Notes: generated by a model from the letters alone, not told the origin. A DNA stretch of 64,000 nt from an uncultured Actinomycetota bacterium (GCA_963697675.1 CAVOOW010000003.1:267562-331561), one strand, 5' to 3'; shown: positions 12,383-22,698, numbered from the stretch's first letter. A program made the numbers and translations.

Positions 12383-13476
12383 CCGCCGAGATAGCGGCCA
12401 GGGCGATCGGACCGGCGCCTGTCAGGCCGGCCACGAAAACGCCGCTGCTCTTCGACAGTTCCGGCATCCGCTCGGCGACGGAACCCCCCGAGGCACACGG
12501 GACACCACGCGACGGCGTACGACTGCTGGTTGCCCGTCCGTCCTCGGTGACGCACGCGGTCTTCGCGGACCTGCCGGCGTTCTTGGAGCCGGGTGACCTC
12601 GTCGTGGTGAACACCTCCGCGACGCTTGCAGCCGCCCTGGCCGGCACCCGGCGGAGGACGGGCAGCACGGTCACGGTGCACTTCTCGACGGCGCTGCCCG
12701 ACGGCGGGTGGGCGATCGAGCTGCGGCCGGGCGCGCGGGCCGGCGGGCCGGTGCGCGACGTCGTGGCAGGGGAGTACGTCGACCTGTGCGATGGCGGACT
12801 CAGGGTCCTCGAGGCCTACCCCGACCCGCAGGCGACCGGCAGCCGGCTCTGGCGCGCACAGGTCGACCTGCCGCTGGACGTGCCTCGTTATCTGGCCCGG
12901 CACGGTGCCCCGATCGCCTACGACTACGTGCCCGGCCGCTGGCCGCTGGAGAGCTATCAGACGGTGTTCGCGCAGGAGCCCGGCAGCGCGGAGATGCCGA
13001 GTGCGGCGCGCCCCTTCACGGCCCAGCTCGTCGCCAACCTCGTGGCCGCCGGCGTCACCCTGGCACCGATCCGGCTGCACACCGGCGTCTCGTCGCTGGA
13101 GAAGGGCGAAGCGCCGCTTCCCGAGCCGTTCCGGGTGCCGGCTACCACCGCGCGGCTGGTCAACATGACGCGCGCAGCGGGCGGGCGCGTGGTCGCAGTC
13201 GGCACCACCGTCACCCGGGCACTGGAGTCTGTTGCCGCGATCGATGGCGTCGTGGCGCCCGGCTCGGGCTGGACCGACCTGGTGCTGGGGCCGGACCGCC
13301 CGGCCCGCGTCGTCGACGGTCTCATCACCGGCTGGCACGAGCCGGGCGCGTCGCACTTGCTGTTGCTCGAGGCGGTGGCGGGGCGCGACCTGGTGGCCGC
13401 GGCCTACCGCGCCGCGGCGGCGCACGGTTATCTCTGGCACGAGTTCGGCGACAGCGCGCTGCTGCTGCCGGACTGA
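12379..13476 (+). CDS. S-adenosylmethionine:tRNA ribosyltransferase-isomerase (QueA)-like protein
   Basis: A protein of about 365 aa with QueA-like segments (HTGVSSLE..., ITGWHEPGASHLLLLEAV). Its start overlaps the SDR stop as ATGA. Confidence 0.65.
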   Translation: MTAEIAARAIGPAPVRPATKTPLLFDSSGIRSATEPPEAHGTPRDGVRLLVARPSSVTHAVFADLPAFLEPGDLVVVNTSATLAAALAGTRRRTGSTVTVHFSTALPDGGWAIELRPGARAGGPVRDVVAGEYVDLCDGGLRVLEAYPDPQATGSRLWRAQVDLPLDVPRYLARHGAPIAYDYVPGRWPLESYQTVFAQEPGSAEMPSAARPFTAQLVANLVAAGVTLAPIRLHTGVSSLEKGEAPLPEPFRVPATTARLVNMTRAAGGRVVAVGTTVTRALESVAAIDGVVAPGSGWTDLVLGPDRPARVVDGLITGWHEPGASHLLLLEAVAGRDLVAAAYRAAAAHGYLWHEFGDSALLLPD

Positions 13477-13597
13477 CCGCGTACGCACTTGTCCGACGGT
13501 GCGGTCTGCTCCCGAAAGGATCGCGCCGCACCCGTCCGACGGCGGTGTCGTTGCTCCCGGACAGACCGCACGACGGCCGTGCGGCAGACTCGAGGGC

Positions 13598-14071
13598 GTG
13601 GCCGGCAAGCGCAGCGCAGGGATCCTGCTGTTCCGCCGCACCGGCGACGGCCTCGAGGTGCTGCTCGGGCACATGGGTGGCCCGCTGTGGGCGCGTCGCG
13701 ACGAGGCGGCGTGGTCGGTGCCGAAGGGCGAGTACCTCCCGGACGAGGAGCCGCTGGCGGCAGCGCGGCGCGAGTTCACCGAAGAGCTCGGCGTCCCCGT
13801 CCCCGACGTCGAGCTGGTCGACCTGGGTGAGGTGCGGCAGAAGTCCGGCAAGGTCGTCACGGTGTGGGCGGGGGAGAGCGATCTCGACCTGGCCGGCTTC
13901 GCGCCGGGCACCTTCGAGATGGAGTGGCCACGGGGCTCGGGGCAGTCCCGTTCGTTCCCCGAGATCGACCGGGTTGCCTGGTTCGACCCGGCGGCTGCGC
14001 GCATCGCGCTGGTGGCCGGCCAGCGTGAGTTCCTCGATCGGTTGGCCGCGCAGCTCGCCCACCAACGGTGA
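13598..14071 (+). CDS. NUDIX hydrolase
   Basis: Nudix box GEYLPDEEPLAAARREFTEELGV. Start placed at a GTG (VAGKRSAGILLFRR). Confidence 0.75.
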   Translation: MAGKRSAGILLFRRTGDGLEVLLGHMGGPLWARRDEAAWSVPKGEYLPDEEPLAAARREFTEELGVPVPDVELVDLGEVRQKSGKVVTVWAGESDLDLAGFAPGTFEMEWPRGSGQSRSFPEIDRVAWFDPAAARIALVAGQREFLDRLAAQLAHQR

Positions 14072-14120
14072 TCATGAAGGATCACCGGGTACGGGGGGAC
14101 GGGGGACGGGGAGCGGTGGG

Positions 14121-14282
14121 TCAGTCCGGTTCGTCGGCCGCCTCTTCGAGACGGGAGTGCAGGCGGGCGCGGATCTCCTCCGGGGTGTACGCGCGACGCT
14201 CGCGCTCGCCGCGCGCGACCACCACACCGGTTGCGGCGACACCGACGACACCAGCCATTCCGAGCAGCTTCCACCAGCGCAT
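14121..14282 (-). CDS. small (53 aa) hypothetical membrane-anchored protein
   Basis: My own translation gives MRWWKLLGMAGVVGVAATGVVVARGERERRAYTPEEIRARLHSRLEEAADEPD: one hydrophobic helix followed by a charged tail. It is below the ORF-track size cutoff. Confidence 0.3.
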   Translation of the reverse strand: MRWWKLLGMAGVVGVAATGVVVARGERERRAYTPEEIRARLHSRLEEAADEPD

Positions 14283-14299
14283 CGACCTAGGCTACGACG

Positions 14300-15007
14300 A
14301 TGAGCGGTGCCCACATAGACCTGGACAAGGCCATCGACCTGACCCGGACCGGGGATGTCTGGCTGTTCCGGGGTCGTTCGGCGGCCGACCGGGCCATTCA
14401 GGTGAGCACCAACAGCCCCGTCAACCACGTCGGCATGTCGGTCGTCCTCGACGACATGCCACCGCTGATGTGGCACGCGGAGCTCGGCAAGTCGCTGACC
14501 TGCATGTGGAGCGGCTCCCGGCATCGCGGCGTGCAGCTGCACGACCTGCGCGAGTCCGTGCTGGTGTGGGGACGGAAGTACGGCCAACAAGGCTGGCTGC
14601 GTCAGCTCGAGTCGCCGATCACCCGCGAGATGGAAGACGCTGTCCTCACGACGATCGCGCGACTGGACGGGACGCCGTTCCCGTCGACGGCACGGCTCGC
14701 GTCGCGCTGGGTCCGCGGCAGGGTGCCCGTGCGACGACGCGGCGCCCGCGAGGAGAGTCCCGGCAGCGATGACGGCTCCGCGGCGCTCGGCGACATCGAG
14801 CCCGCCGAAGGCGACGGACCGGACGCACGCCTCGAGACGGCCTACTGCGCGGAGGTCGTCGCTGTCACCTACGAGGCGATGGGCCTGCTCGTGACCGGGC
14901 GGCACCTCGGCTGGTACGACCCGGGCCGGTTCTGGAGCGGCGACGAGCTCGCCCTGCTGCGCGGTGCCAGCCTCGGTGGCGAGATCGCGGTCAACCTCCC
15001 GCTGTGA
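14300..15007 (+). CDS. permuted papain-like (YiiX/YaeF, DUF830-type) putative amidase
   Basis: His (NHVGMSV) precedes Cys (ETAYCAEVVAVTYEAMG) as in the permuted papain fold, with an acidic low-complexity insert. Confidence 0.5.
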   Translation: MSGAHIDLDKAIDLTRTGDVWLFRGRSAADRAIQVSTNSPVNHVGMSVVLDDMPPLMWHAELGKSLTCMWSGSRHRGVQLHDLRESVLVWGRKYGQQGWLRQLESPITREMEDAVLTTIARLDGTPFPSTARLASRWVRGRVPVRRRGAREESPGSDDGSAALGDIEPAEGDGPDARLETAYCAEVVAVTYEAMGLLVTGRHLGWYDPGRFWSGDELALLRGASLGGEIAVNLPL

Positions 15008-15311
15008 CGAAGTCCATTCGCAGCACCGGCCCGTCAGGGATCTGTGAGAACCATGCGTCATCCAGCGCGGAGCAGGCGACCGCCTGCTGTCGCGACGACT
15101 CGGGCGCAGGACCTCGTTGCGCAGCGCTACGACGGCGGGCAGGTCTACCGTCACCCATCTCAGCCGGCCGTTGCCCACGCTCCAGAACTGCGACGCCAGC
15201 CCTTCCCCGAGAGCGACGACCGCGCCCGCCGGGTGCTCGGCGAGGAAGCCACGGACCTGCGCGTCGAAGCACGCGGCGCGCAGGGCCTGCCACTGGCCGA
15301 GGGCGTCGACG

Positions 15312-16539
15312 TCATGCGCCGTGCGCGACGGTGCCGCCCTTCATCACCAGGACCGGCGGCCGGGTCAGCACGTCGAGGTCACCGAGGTCGTGGCCCTCGA
15401 CGGCCAGCAGGTCGGCGTAGCGGCCGGGTTGCAGCGAGCCCACCTCCCCGTCCCAGTCGAGACAACGGGCCGCGTCGAACGTCGCCGCCCGCAGCGCCGC
15501 AACCGGTGAGAGCCCGAGCCGCACCATCACCGGCAGCTGGCGGGCGTTCAGGCCGTGGGGGAACACTCCTGCGTCGGTGCCGAACGCCACGTGCACACCG
15601 CGGCGCACGGCAGCGGAGAACACGGCTCGCTGGGTCTGCGTCGTGTCGCGGTTCTTCCGCAGGGTCTGCGCGGGCCAGCCGTCGCGCTCGCCGATCTCGG
15701 CGATCCAGTCGCCGTTGTAGACGTCGGCGACCAGCCAGGTGCCGTGCTCGCGCCATCAGGTCGAGGGCCTCGTCGTCGAGCAGCGAGCCGTGCTCGATCG
15801 ATCGGACCCCTGCGCGGATCGCTCGTTTCGCGCCTTCGGCGCCGTGCGCGTGGGCGGCGACGTGCGTGCCGTGGTCGGTCGCGATCTCGACGGCGGCCCG
15901 GATCTGCTCCTCCGAGAGCTCGGGGTTGCCCGGCTCCGTCCCGGGGGCCAGCACGGCACCCGTCGCGATGACCTTCAGCAGGTCGGCGCCACCGGCGAGC
16001 ACCCGTCGGGCGGCCCGCCGCACCTCGTCGACCGTGTCCGCGACGCCGATCCGCAGGTCGGCCGGCAGTGCCACGTCGGCCGCGAAACCGGTGACCTCCC
16101 CGCCGCCGCCCGTGCACGTGATGTACGCCCCGGCACAGCGCATCCGTGGACCCTCGACGACCCCGGCGTCGATGGCGTTGCGCAACGCGACGTCGACGAA
16201 GGCCCGGAACGTCCCGACGTCGCGGACGGTCGTGACGCCGGCCCGCAAGGTCGCCGCCGCGTTCGCGACCCCCATCAGGGCTTCGTCCGCGGCGGACCGC
16301 TGCAGGACAGCCGCCGGCTCGCCCGCTTCGACAGGGCCGACGAGATGGGTGTGCAGGTCGATCAGGCCCGGAAGCACCGTGTGCGCCGACAGGTCGATGA
16401 CCTCAGCGTCCGGCGGGACCGGTGCCCCCCGCGGCAGGACGGACACCACCCGCTCGCCCTCGATGAGGATCATCTGGTCGTGGCCCACCTCGCCGGTCAC
16501 GACGTCGACCAGCCGTCCCGCGCGTACGACGAGAGTCAT
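15312..16539 (-). pseudogene. amidohydrolase-family protein (imidazolonepropionase-like), frameshifted near 15745
   Basis: The N-terminal 280 aa are in one frame (HTHLVGP, GTHVAAHAHG, SIEHGSLLDDEALDLMA). The C-terminal 100 aa (VHVAFGTDAGV...VLVMKGGTV) are in another frame. An apparent 1-bp insertion separates them. Confidence 0.75.
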
Positions 16540-16663
16540 GCCGCCAGAGCCTAGGTGGCAGCCGGGGTCCACCCGCCGCGAATGGTGGGTTGCGCAGCTC
16601 CCGGACGGCCGAGCCACCTGCGTACATCACCAATCGCGGGTTCATGGACTGCGACACTGCGCT

Positions 16664-17485
16664 GTGGACACAGTGCGGCCGCCGCCCCGCCTGTTCGGCA
16701 TCCTCGCCCGTGAAGCGCCGGTCGTCGCCGTGCTCAGGCGCGGTCCGAGCGACTGGGCGCACGTCGGACGGTGGGATCTGGCCGCGTCGACGTACGAAGG
16801 AGGTTCGTGGCTGCACGGCACGCTCTACCCGCAGCGGTGCGACCTGTCGCCGGACGGCCGCTATCTCGCCACGATGGCCCTTGTCGGACGGGCGGATTGG
16901 GCACCTGGGACGACCTACGTCGCCGTGTCCCGGTTGCCGTGGCTCACTGCGCTCGCGGCCTGGGGCACGGACGGGACGTGGAGCCGCGGGCTGCACTTCG
17001 CTGCCACCGGTGAGTGGGGCGTCCCGGCACCCGACCACGGCGATGCTGAACCGCTGCGATCGCGCCATGGCCTCGTGGTCACCGGCGTGGCGCAGACCTA
17101 TGCGGTCGAACGCCGCGGCGGCTGGGCAGACGCACCCGGCACCCCGCCGCGCAGCTCCGACGACATGTGGGACGAGCGCCGCGCCGACCGGCTCGTGCTG
17201 ACGAAGACTCAGCCGTACGGCGACGCGGTGCTTTCCGTCTGCGGTGGCCGGGCAGCCTTCCGCAGCGGGCCGGACGGCTGGTGGGCGCGTCCGGCCTACG
17301 CCCTGGACGATGACCCGCTGCCCGGCGTGCAGTGGGCCGACTGGGCGCACGACGGGCGCCTGCTCGTCGCCACGGACGCGGGCCAGCTTCAGGTGCGGGA
17401 TCCGACCCACGTGGTCTGGGCGCTCGACCTGGCGGGGCTCGAGCCCGATCCGCAGCCACCTCCCCCCGAGGCGACCCGCTGGTGA
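16664..17485 (+). CDS. hypothetical protein
   Basis: This is the 3' third of the otherwise spurious 813-aa ORF. It is W-, Y- and D-rich and protein-like (DLSPDGRYLAT, WADWAHDGRLLVATDAG). Start candidates: ATG 16538, or GTG 16664 or 16673. Confidence 0.35.
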   Translation: MDTVRPPPRLFGILAREAPVVAVLRRGPSDWAHVGRWDLAASTYEGGSWLHGTLYPQRCDLSPDGRYLATMALVGRADWAPGTTYVAVSRLPWLTALAAWGTDGTWSRGLHFAATGEWGVPAPDHGDAEPLRSRHGLVVTGVAQTYAVERRGGWADAPGTPPRSSDDMWDERRADRLVLTKTQPYGDAVLSVCGGRAAFRSGPDGWWARPAYALDDDPLPGVQWADWAHDGRLLVATDAGQLQVRDPTHVVWALDLAGLEPDPQPPPPEATRW

Positions 17486-17552
17486 CCTGCGCGCATCACC
17501 CGGCGACCCGGCCGGACGAGAAATTGACGGTTGACGAGACGGCCGGACGGCC

Positions 17553-17569
17553 ATATCGTTTTTCGATAT
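17553..17569. promoter_or_regulatory. AT-rich perfect palindrome ATATCG-TTTTT-CGATAT, a candidate operator
   Basis: It sits in a locally AT-rich patch 16 bp upstream of the DUF2975 start, with TTGACG x2 just upstream. Confidence 0.4.
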
Positions 17570-17584
17570 CCATATTGTTTATCG

Positions 17585-18202
17585 ATGCGTTGGGTGGTTG
17601 GTGTGAAGAAGGTCGGGTTGGACGGATGGCTCCGGCGACTGCGCGGCACAGCGACGTTCGTGTACATCGCCGCACTGTGCCTGGCCGTTGCACTGCTGGT
17701 GATCGGCTTCATCCCGGGGTCACCGGTGACCCAGGCGCTGCCGACCTCGTTGCTGTCAGGCTCGGACGCTCTGGGCGGGACCGTGCCGGGGGTCGTCGTC
17801 GACCCGTCGGGTGAGATCGTCTTCAAGATCACGGACCCGTCGCTGGCGCAGCGGATGCTCTATCTGGCGACGATGTTCCCGGGCCTGCTGCTGGTGGCCG
17901 AGATTGCGCGGCGGATGGCGAATCTGCTGCGGGGCGCGCAGGACAGCGACCCGTTCAGCGCGCAGACCGCCCGGCAACTGACCGTCATTGCGAAGATCAC
18001 CGCGTTCGGCGGACTGGGCGTCTGGGCGGTGAGCAACGTCGCACAGTGGGCTCTGTCCGCCACCATGCTCGAGTCCGGGACGGCCGTCGAGCCGCACGAG
18101 TCGCCGCTCGGCTGGCTCGCCGTCGGGCTCATCTTCGCCGCCTTCGCCCAGCTCATCGCCCGTGGCGCCAGGATGCGTGCCGAGCTGGACACGGTCATCT
18201 GA
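17585..18202 (+). CDS. DUF2975-family membrane protein
   Basis: A multi-TM protein with the family's conserved core. It is paired with a downstream XRE gene in the usual arrangement. Confidence 0.7.
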   Translation: MRWVVGVKKVGLDGWLRRLRGTATFVYIAALCLAVALLVIGFIPGSPVTQALPTSLLSGSDALGGTVPGVVVDPSGEIVFKITDPSLAQRMLYLATMFPGLLLVAEIARRMANLLRGAQDSDPFSAQTARQLTVIAKITAFGGLGVWAVSNVAQWALSATMLESGTAVEPHESPLGWLAVGLIFAAFAQLIARGARMRAELDTVI

Positions 18203-18447
18203 TGCCCGAGGCCCCCGATCACCGGATCGAGGTGCACCTGGACGAGCTTCTCGTGGCGAAGGGCATGACCTTGGTCGAGCTGTCCGCGAGAGTCGGCGTG
18301 ACCGTGGCGAACCTGTCGATCCTCAAGAACGGCCATGCCCGCGCGCTTCGGTTCAGCACCCTGACCGCCATCTGCGACGCGGTCGGCTGCACCCCCGGCG
18401 AGCTGCTCGGACTCCAGGACCAGCAGTCCCGGCATCCAGCGGCGTGA
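18202..18447 (+). CDS. XRE-family HTH transcriptional regulator (YozG-like)
   Basis: MTLVELSARVGVTVANLSILKNG...LTAICDAVGCTPGELL. Its ATG overlaps the DUF2975 stop as ATGA. Confidence 0.8.
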   Translation: MPEAPDHRIEVHLDELLVAKGMTLVELSARVGVTVANLSILKNGHARALRFSTLTAICDAVGCTPGELLGLQDQQSRHPAA

Positions 18448-18538
18448 CTGGGGACGGTCCCGCTCACGCGTTCGGCCGGTAGGACGATCACGCGGACGGA
18501 GCGTCCTCGACCTCGCTGACGACCGCAGCGGCCGGGGC

Positions 18539-19298
18539 TCAGGCGCGACCCCGCACGCACCAGGCCGACGCGGAGACGTGGAACGGCGGCTCCGGCAGGA
18601 GCTGCGCGCAGCGGAGCCGCAGGACCTCTTGCTGCGCCTGGTCCAGCTGGGAGACGTAGGCGCCCGCCGGCCCGACCCCCAAGGTGAAGGGGTCCCACCA
18701 GTCGGCCAGCGTCGGGAACCGGACCGCGATGGTCAGCGTCGTGGGTTCGATGTCCGTGAGCCCGGCCGCCTTGAACAGCTCGGCAAGGTGACCTTCCCGA
18801 GCCCCGGCGAGGTCCGCCTCGTCCTGAGCGTCGGGATCGATGTCGTGCACCGCCTGCCAGAACGTGGTGAGCGGGCTGCCGCCCCCGGCGTGATCCCACA
18901 CGCAGGCGGCGACCCGACCGCCCGGCCGGGTGACCCGAGCCATCTCCGCCAGCCCGGCCACGGGATCGGTCATGAAGTGAACGACCAACTCGGCGAGCGC
19001 GGCGTCGAACTGGTCGTCGGGGAAGGGCAGCCGCTCGGCGGCCCCGGACCGCACGTCGATCCCCGGGATGCGTTCGCCCAGCGCCGCGACGAACGAGGCG
19101 GACGGATCGATCGCCGAGACGGCGTCGATGCCGACGACGCTCCACCAGCAGCGCGGTCAGTGCGCCCGGTCCGCAACCGACGTCGAGGACCCGCTGACCT
19201 GCCTGCAGATCCGCCACCTGCACGAACTCGACGGCCAGTGGTTCGGAGAACCGACCCATGAACAGGGAGTAGGCGTCCCCGGGGACGTTGAAGGTCAC
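18539..19298 (-). pseudogene. class I SAM-dependent methyltransferase, frameshifted near 19135
   Basis: The N-terminal part, including VLDVGCGPGALTALLVER, is in one frame and the remainder (…SGAAERLPFPDDQFDAALAELVVHF…) in another. Confidence 0.7.
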
Positions 19299-19343
19299 CG
19301 CGCAACTGTATTGCCCGACGCGCGCCGGGTCGGGCGGCCCTGG

Positions 19344-21433
19344 TCAGCCGGGCAGGCTGGCCACTCCTGGCGGCAGGAAGCGCGCCCCGTTGACCCGCTC
19401 ACTGACGCCGGCCCGGTCGAGGTAGGGCGTCACACCGCCGAGGTGGAACGGCCAGCCGGCGCCGAGCAGCATCGCGAGGTCGATGTCGCGCACGTCCTCG
19501 ACGACACCTTCGGTGAGCATCAGGTGGATCTCCTCGGCGAGCGCGTCGAGCGCGCGGCGCCGCACGTCGTCCTCAGCCACGGGAGCGTCTCCTTGTACGA
19601 AGAGCTCTCGTACCTCGGGATCGACCTTGGGGGTCGAGCCCTCCCAGACGTAGACACCCGACTTGCCTGCGGCGACCAGCTTGGCGAGGTTGTCGGAGAC
19701 GTAGAACCGGTCGGGGAACGCCTCGTGCATCGTCTCGGCGACGTGCAGTGCCACGGCCGGCCCGACGAGCTGCAGCAGCACGAACGGCGACATCGGCAGG
19801 CCGAGCGGCTCGAGCGCCTTGTCGGCGACCTCGAACGACGTGCCCTCGTCGACTGCCTTGGTGACCTCACCCAGGAACCTGGTGAGGATCCGGTTGACGA
19901 TGAAGGCGGGAGCGTCCTTGACGAGCACGCAGGACTTCTTCAGCGCCTTGCCGACGGCGAACGCGGTCGCGACCGCTGCGTCGTCGGACATCTCGGCGCG
20001 CGCGATCTCGAGCAGCGGCAGGATCGCCACCGGGTTGAAGAAGTGGAAGCCCACGACCCGCTCGGGGTGCTCGAGCCCGGAGGCCATCTCGGTGACCGAC
20101 AGCGAGGACGTGTTGGTCGCCAGGATGCACGTGTCGGAGACCACGGCCTCGACCTCGCGGAACACCTGCTGCTTGACCTTCATCTCCTCGAAGACTGCTT
20201 CGAGCACGAAGTCGGCGTCGGCGAACGACTCCTTGCTGGTCGAGCCGGTGACCAGCGCCTTGTGCCGGTTGGCGGTGTCGCCGCTGATGCGACCCTTCCC
20301 TAGCAGCTTGTCGATCTCGGAGTGCACCCAGCCGACGCCCTTGTCCACGCGCGCCTGGTCGAGGTCGGTCAGCACGATCGGCACCTCGAGGCGGCGCACG
20401 AACAGCAGGGCGAGCTGGCTGGCCATCAGGCCGGCGCCGACGATGCCGACCTTGGTGACGTCGCGGGCCAGCGACTTGTCCGGCACACCGGCGGGTCGCT
20501 TGGCCCGGCGCTGCACCAGGTCGAAGGCGTAGAGGCTGGCGCGCAGGTCCTCTCCGAAGGCCAGCTCGGCGAGCGCCGTGCGCTTCCGCCGTGGTGCCCT
20601 CGTCGAAGGTCGCCGAGCGCGACAGGTCGATGAGCTCGAGCGCCTTGTAGGGCGCGGGGGTGGCACCGTGCACCTTCATGTCGGCGATCGCCTTGCCGCG
20701 CGCGAGCGCCGCCTGCCACGCCTCGTCGCTGCGATCGATCTCGGGGCCGGTCGACCCTGACCTCGCCGTGCAGGACGTCAGCGACCCAGTGCATCGACTG
20801 CTCGAGGAAGTCGGCCGGCTCGAACATCACGTCGGCGATGCCGAGCTTGAACGCCTGGGGGCCCTTGAGCATGCGGTTCTGGTTGAGCGCGTTCTCGACG
20901 ATGACGGTGACCGCCGCGTCGGCGCCGATCAGGTTCGGCAGGAGCTGGCTGCCACCCCACCCAGGGACCAGGCCGAGGAAGACCTCGGGGAACGCGAGGG
21001 CAGGAACACCCGAGGAGATCGTGCGATAGGTGCAGTGCAGGGACAGCTCGAGCCCGCCGCCGAGGACGGCGCCGTTGATGAAGGCGAACGTCGGGACGCG
21101 TGCGTCCTTGAACTTGCGGAACACGCTGTGTCCGAGTGCGAAGTACTCCTTCGCCTGCTCGACCGTGCCGCCGGACTGCATGACCTTGAGGTCGGCGCCC
21201 ACCGCGAAGATGAACGGCTTGCCGGTGACGGCGATGGCCACGAGGTCCTCGCGGGCCGTCGCGGCATCGATCGCCTTGTCGAGGTTGAGCAGGCTCTGCG
21301 GGCCGAACGTCGTCGGCTTGGTGTGGTCGAAGCCGTTGTCCAGCGTGATGAGCGCGAGCGTGCCCGCGCGGTAGGGAAGGTCGAGGAAGCGTACGGGGGT
21401 CGACGTGACGACCTCGTCGGGGAACTCCAGCAT
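19344..21433 (-). pseudogene. fadB: fatty-acid oxidation complex alpha subunit FadB (enoyl-CoA hydratase / 3-hydroxyacyl-CoA dehydrogenase), two frameshifts near 20700 and 20590
   Basis: Three frame pieces: the N-terminal crotonase domain; a short linker piece (MKVHGATPAPYKALELIDLSR); and the C-terminal HADH domain (GIVGAGLMASQLA). A GGGGG run sits at the second junction. Confidence 0.8.
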
Positions 21434-21435
21434 GT

Positions 21436-22698
21436 CTATGCCTCTCCCTGCTCGTCGTGCGCGTCGCCGGTCCAGTGCGGGTTCTCCCAGATGACCGCCC
21501 CACCCATGCCGATGCCGATGCACATCGCGGTGAGGCCGTAACGGACCTCCGGGTGGTCCTCGAACTGACGGGCCAGCTGGGTCATCAGCCGCACGCCGGA
21601 GGAGGCCAGCGGGTGACCGACGGCGATCGCGCCGCCGTACTCGTTGACGCGGGGGTCGTCGTCGGCGATGCCGAAGTGCTCCAGGAAGGCGAGCACCTGC
21701 ACGGCGAAGGCCTCGTTGAGCTCGAACAGCCCGATGTCCTCGATGGACAGGCCGGCCTTGGCCAGCGCCTTCTCGGTCGCGGGTATCGGGCCGATGCCCA
21801 TGACCTCGGGCTCGACGCCGACGTAGGCGAAGGTCACCAGGCGCATCCGCACCGGCAACCCGAGCTCGCGCGCGGTCTCCTCGTCGGCGAGCAGGCAGGC
21901 CGTCGCGCCGTCGTTGAGCCCGGCGGCGTTGCCCGCCGTCACCCGGCCGTGCGGCCGGAACGGGGTCTTCAGCGTGGCGAGGTCCTCGATCGTGGTGCCG
22001 GGCCGCGGCGGCTCGTCCTTGGTCGCCAGGCCCCAGCCGTTCGCAACGCTGCGCGTGGCGACAGGGACAAGGTCGGGCTCGATCTTGCCGTTGGCGTAGG
22101 CCTTGGCCAGCTTGTCCTGGCTGCCCACCGCGAACGCGTCGACACGCGCCTTGGTCAGGCTCGGGAAGCGGTCGTGGACGTTCTCCGCGGTGGACCCCAT
22201 CACCAGGGCCGACGGGTCGACGAGCTTCTCGGCGATGATCCGCGGGTTCGGGTCGACGCCCTCACCCATCGGGTGGTGACCCATGTGCTCGACACCGCCG
22301 GCGATCACGACGTCGTAGGCACCGAACGCGATGCCGCCGGCGCCGGTGGTCACCGCGGTCAGGGCGCCGGCGCACATCCGGTCGATGGCATAGCCGGGCA
22401 CCGTCTTGGGCAGGCCGGCCAGCAGCGCCGCCGTGCGCCCGATGGTCAGGCCCTGGTCGCCGATCTGGGTCGTCGCGGCGATCGCCACGTCGTCGACGCG
22501 CTCGGGCGGCAGCTCGGGGTGGCGGCGCAGCAGCTCGCGGATGCAGCGGATCACCAGGTCGTCGGCCCGGGTCTCGGCGTACATCCCCTTCGGCCCCGCC
22601 TTCCCGAACGGCGTCCGTACCCCGTCGACGAAGACGACGTCACGCACCGCACGGGGTGCTCGGGCTCCGGAGGGATTGGACACTGTTGTGCCGGACAC
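21436..22698 (-). CDS. fadA: acetyl-CoA C-acyltransferase (thiolase) FadA
   Basis: An intact 420-aa thiolase whose stop abuts the fadB start. Confidence 0.85.
   Translation of the reverse strand: MSGTTVSNPSGARAPRAVRDVVFVDGVRTPFGKAGPKGMYAETRADDLVIRCIRELLRRHPELPPERVDDVAIAATTQIGDQGLTIGRTAALLAGLPKTVPGYAIDRMCAGALTAVTTGAGGIAFGAYDVVIAGGVEHMGHHPMGEGVDPNPRIIAEKLVDPSALVMGSTAENVHDRFPSLTKARVDAFAVGSQDKLAKAYANGKIEPDLVPVATRSVANGWGLATKDEPPRPGTTIEDLATLKTPFRPHGRVTAGNAAGLNDGATACLLADEETARELGLPVRMRLVTFAYVGVEPEVMGIGPIPATEKALAKAGLSIEDIGLFELNEAFAVQVLAFLEHFGIADDDPRVNEYGGAIAVGHPLASSGVRLMTQLARQFEDHPEVRYGLTAMCIGIGMGGAVIWENPHWTGDAHDEQGEA

Noticed and set aside
12307-14303. Long overlapping ORFs (655 aa minus strand; 531 aa plus strand) across the QueA-like and NUDIX region
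   Set aside because: These are typical high-GC shadow ORFs with Arg/Gly/Pro-rich translations. The alternative frames carry clear QueA-like and Nudix motifs.
15044-17485. 813-aa ORF, the longest on the plus strand in this region
   Set aside because: Its first two-thirds are Arg/Pro/Ala-rich and antisense to the amidohydrolase gene. Only the last 270 codons or so look protein-like, and I report those as a separate hypothetical CDS.
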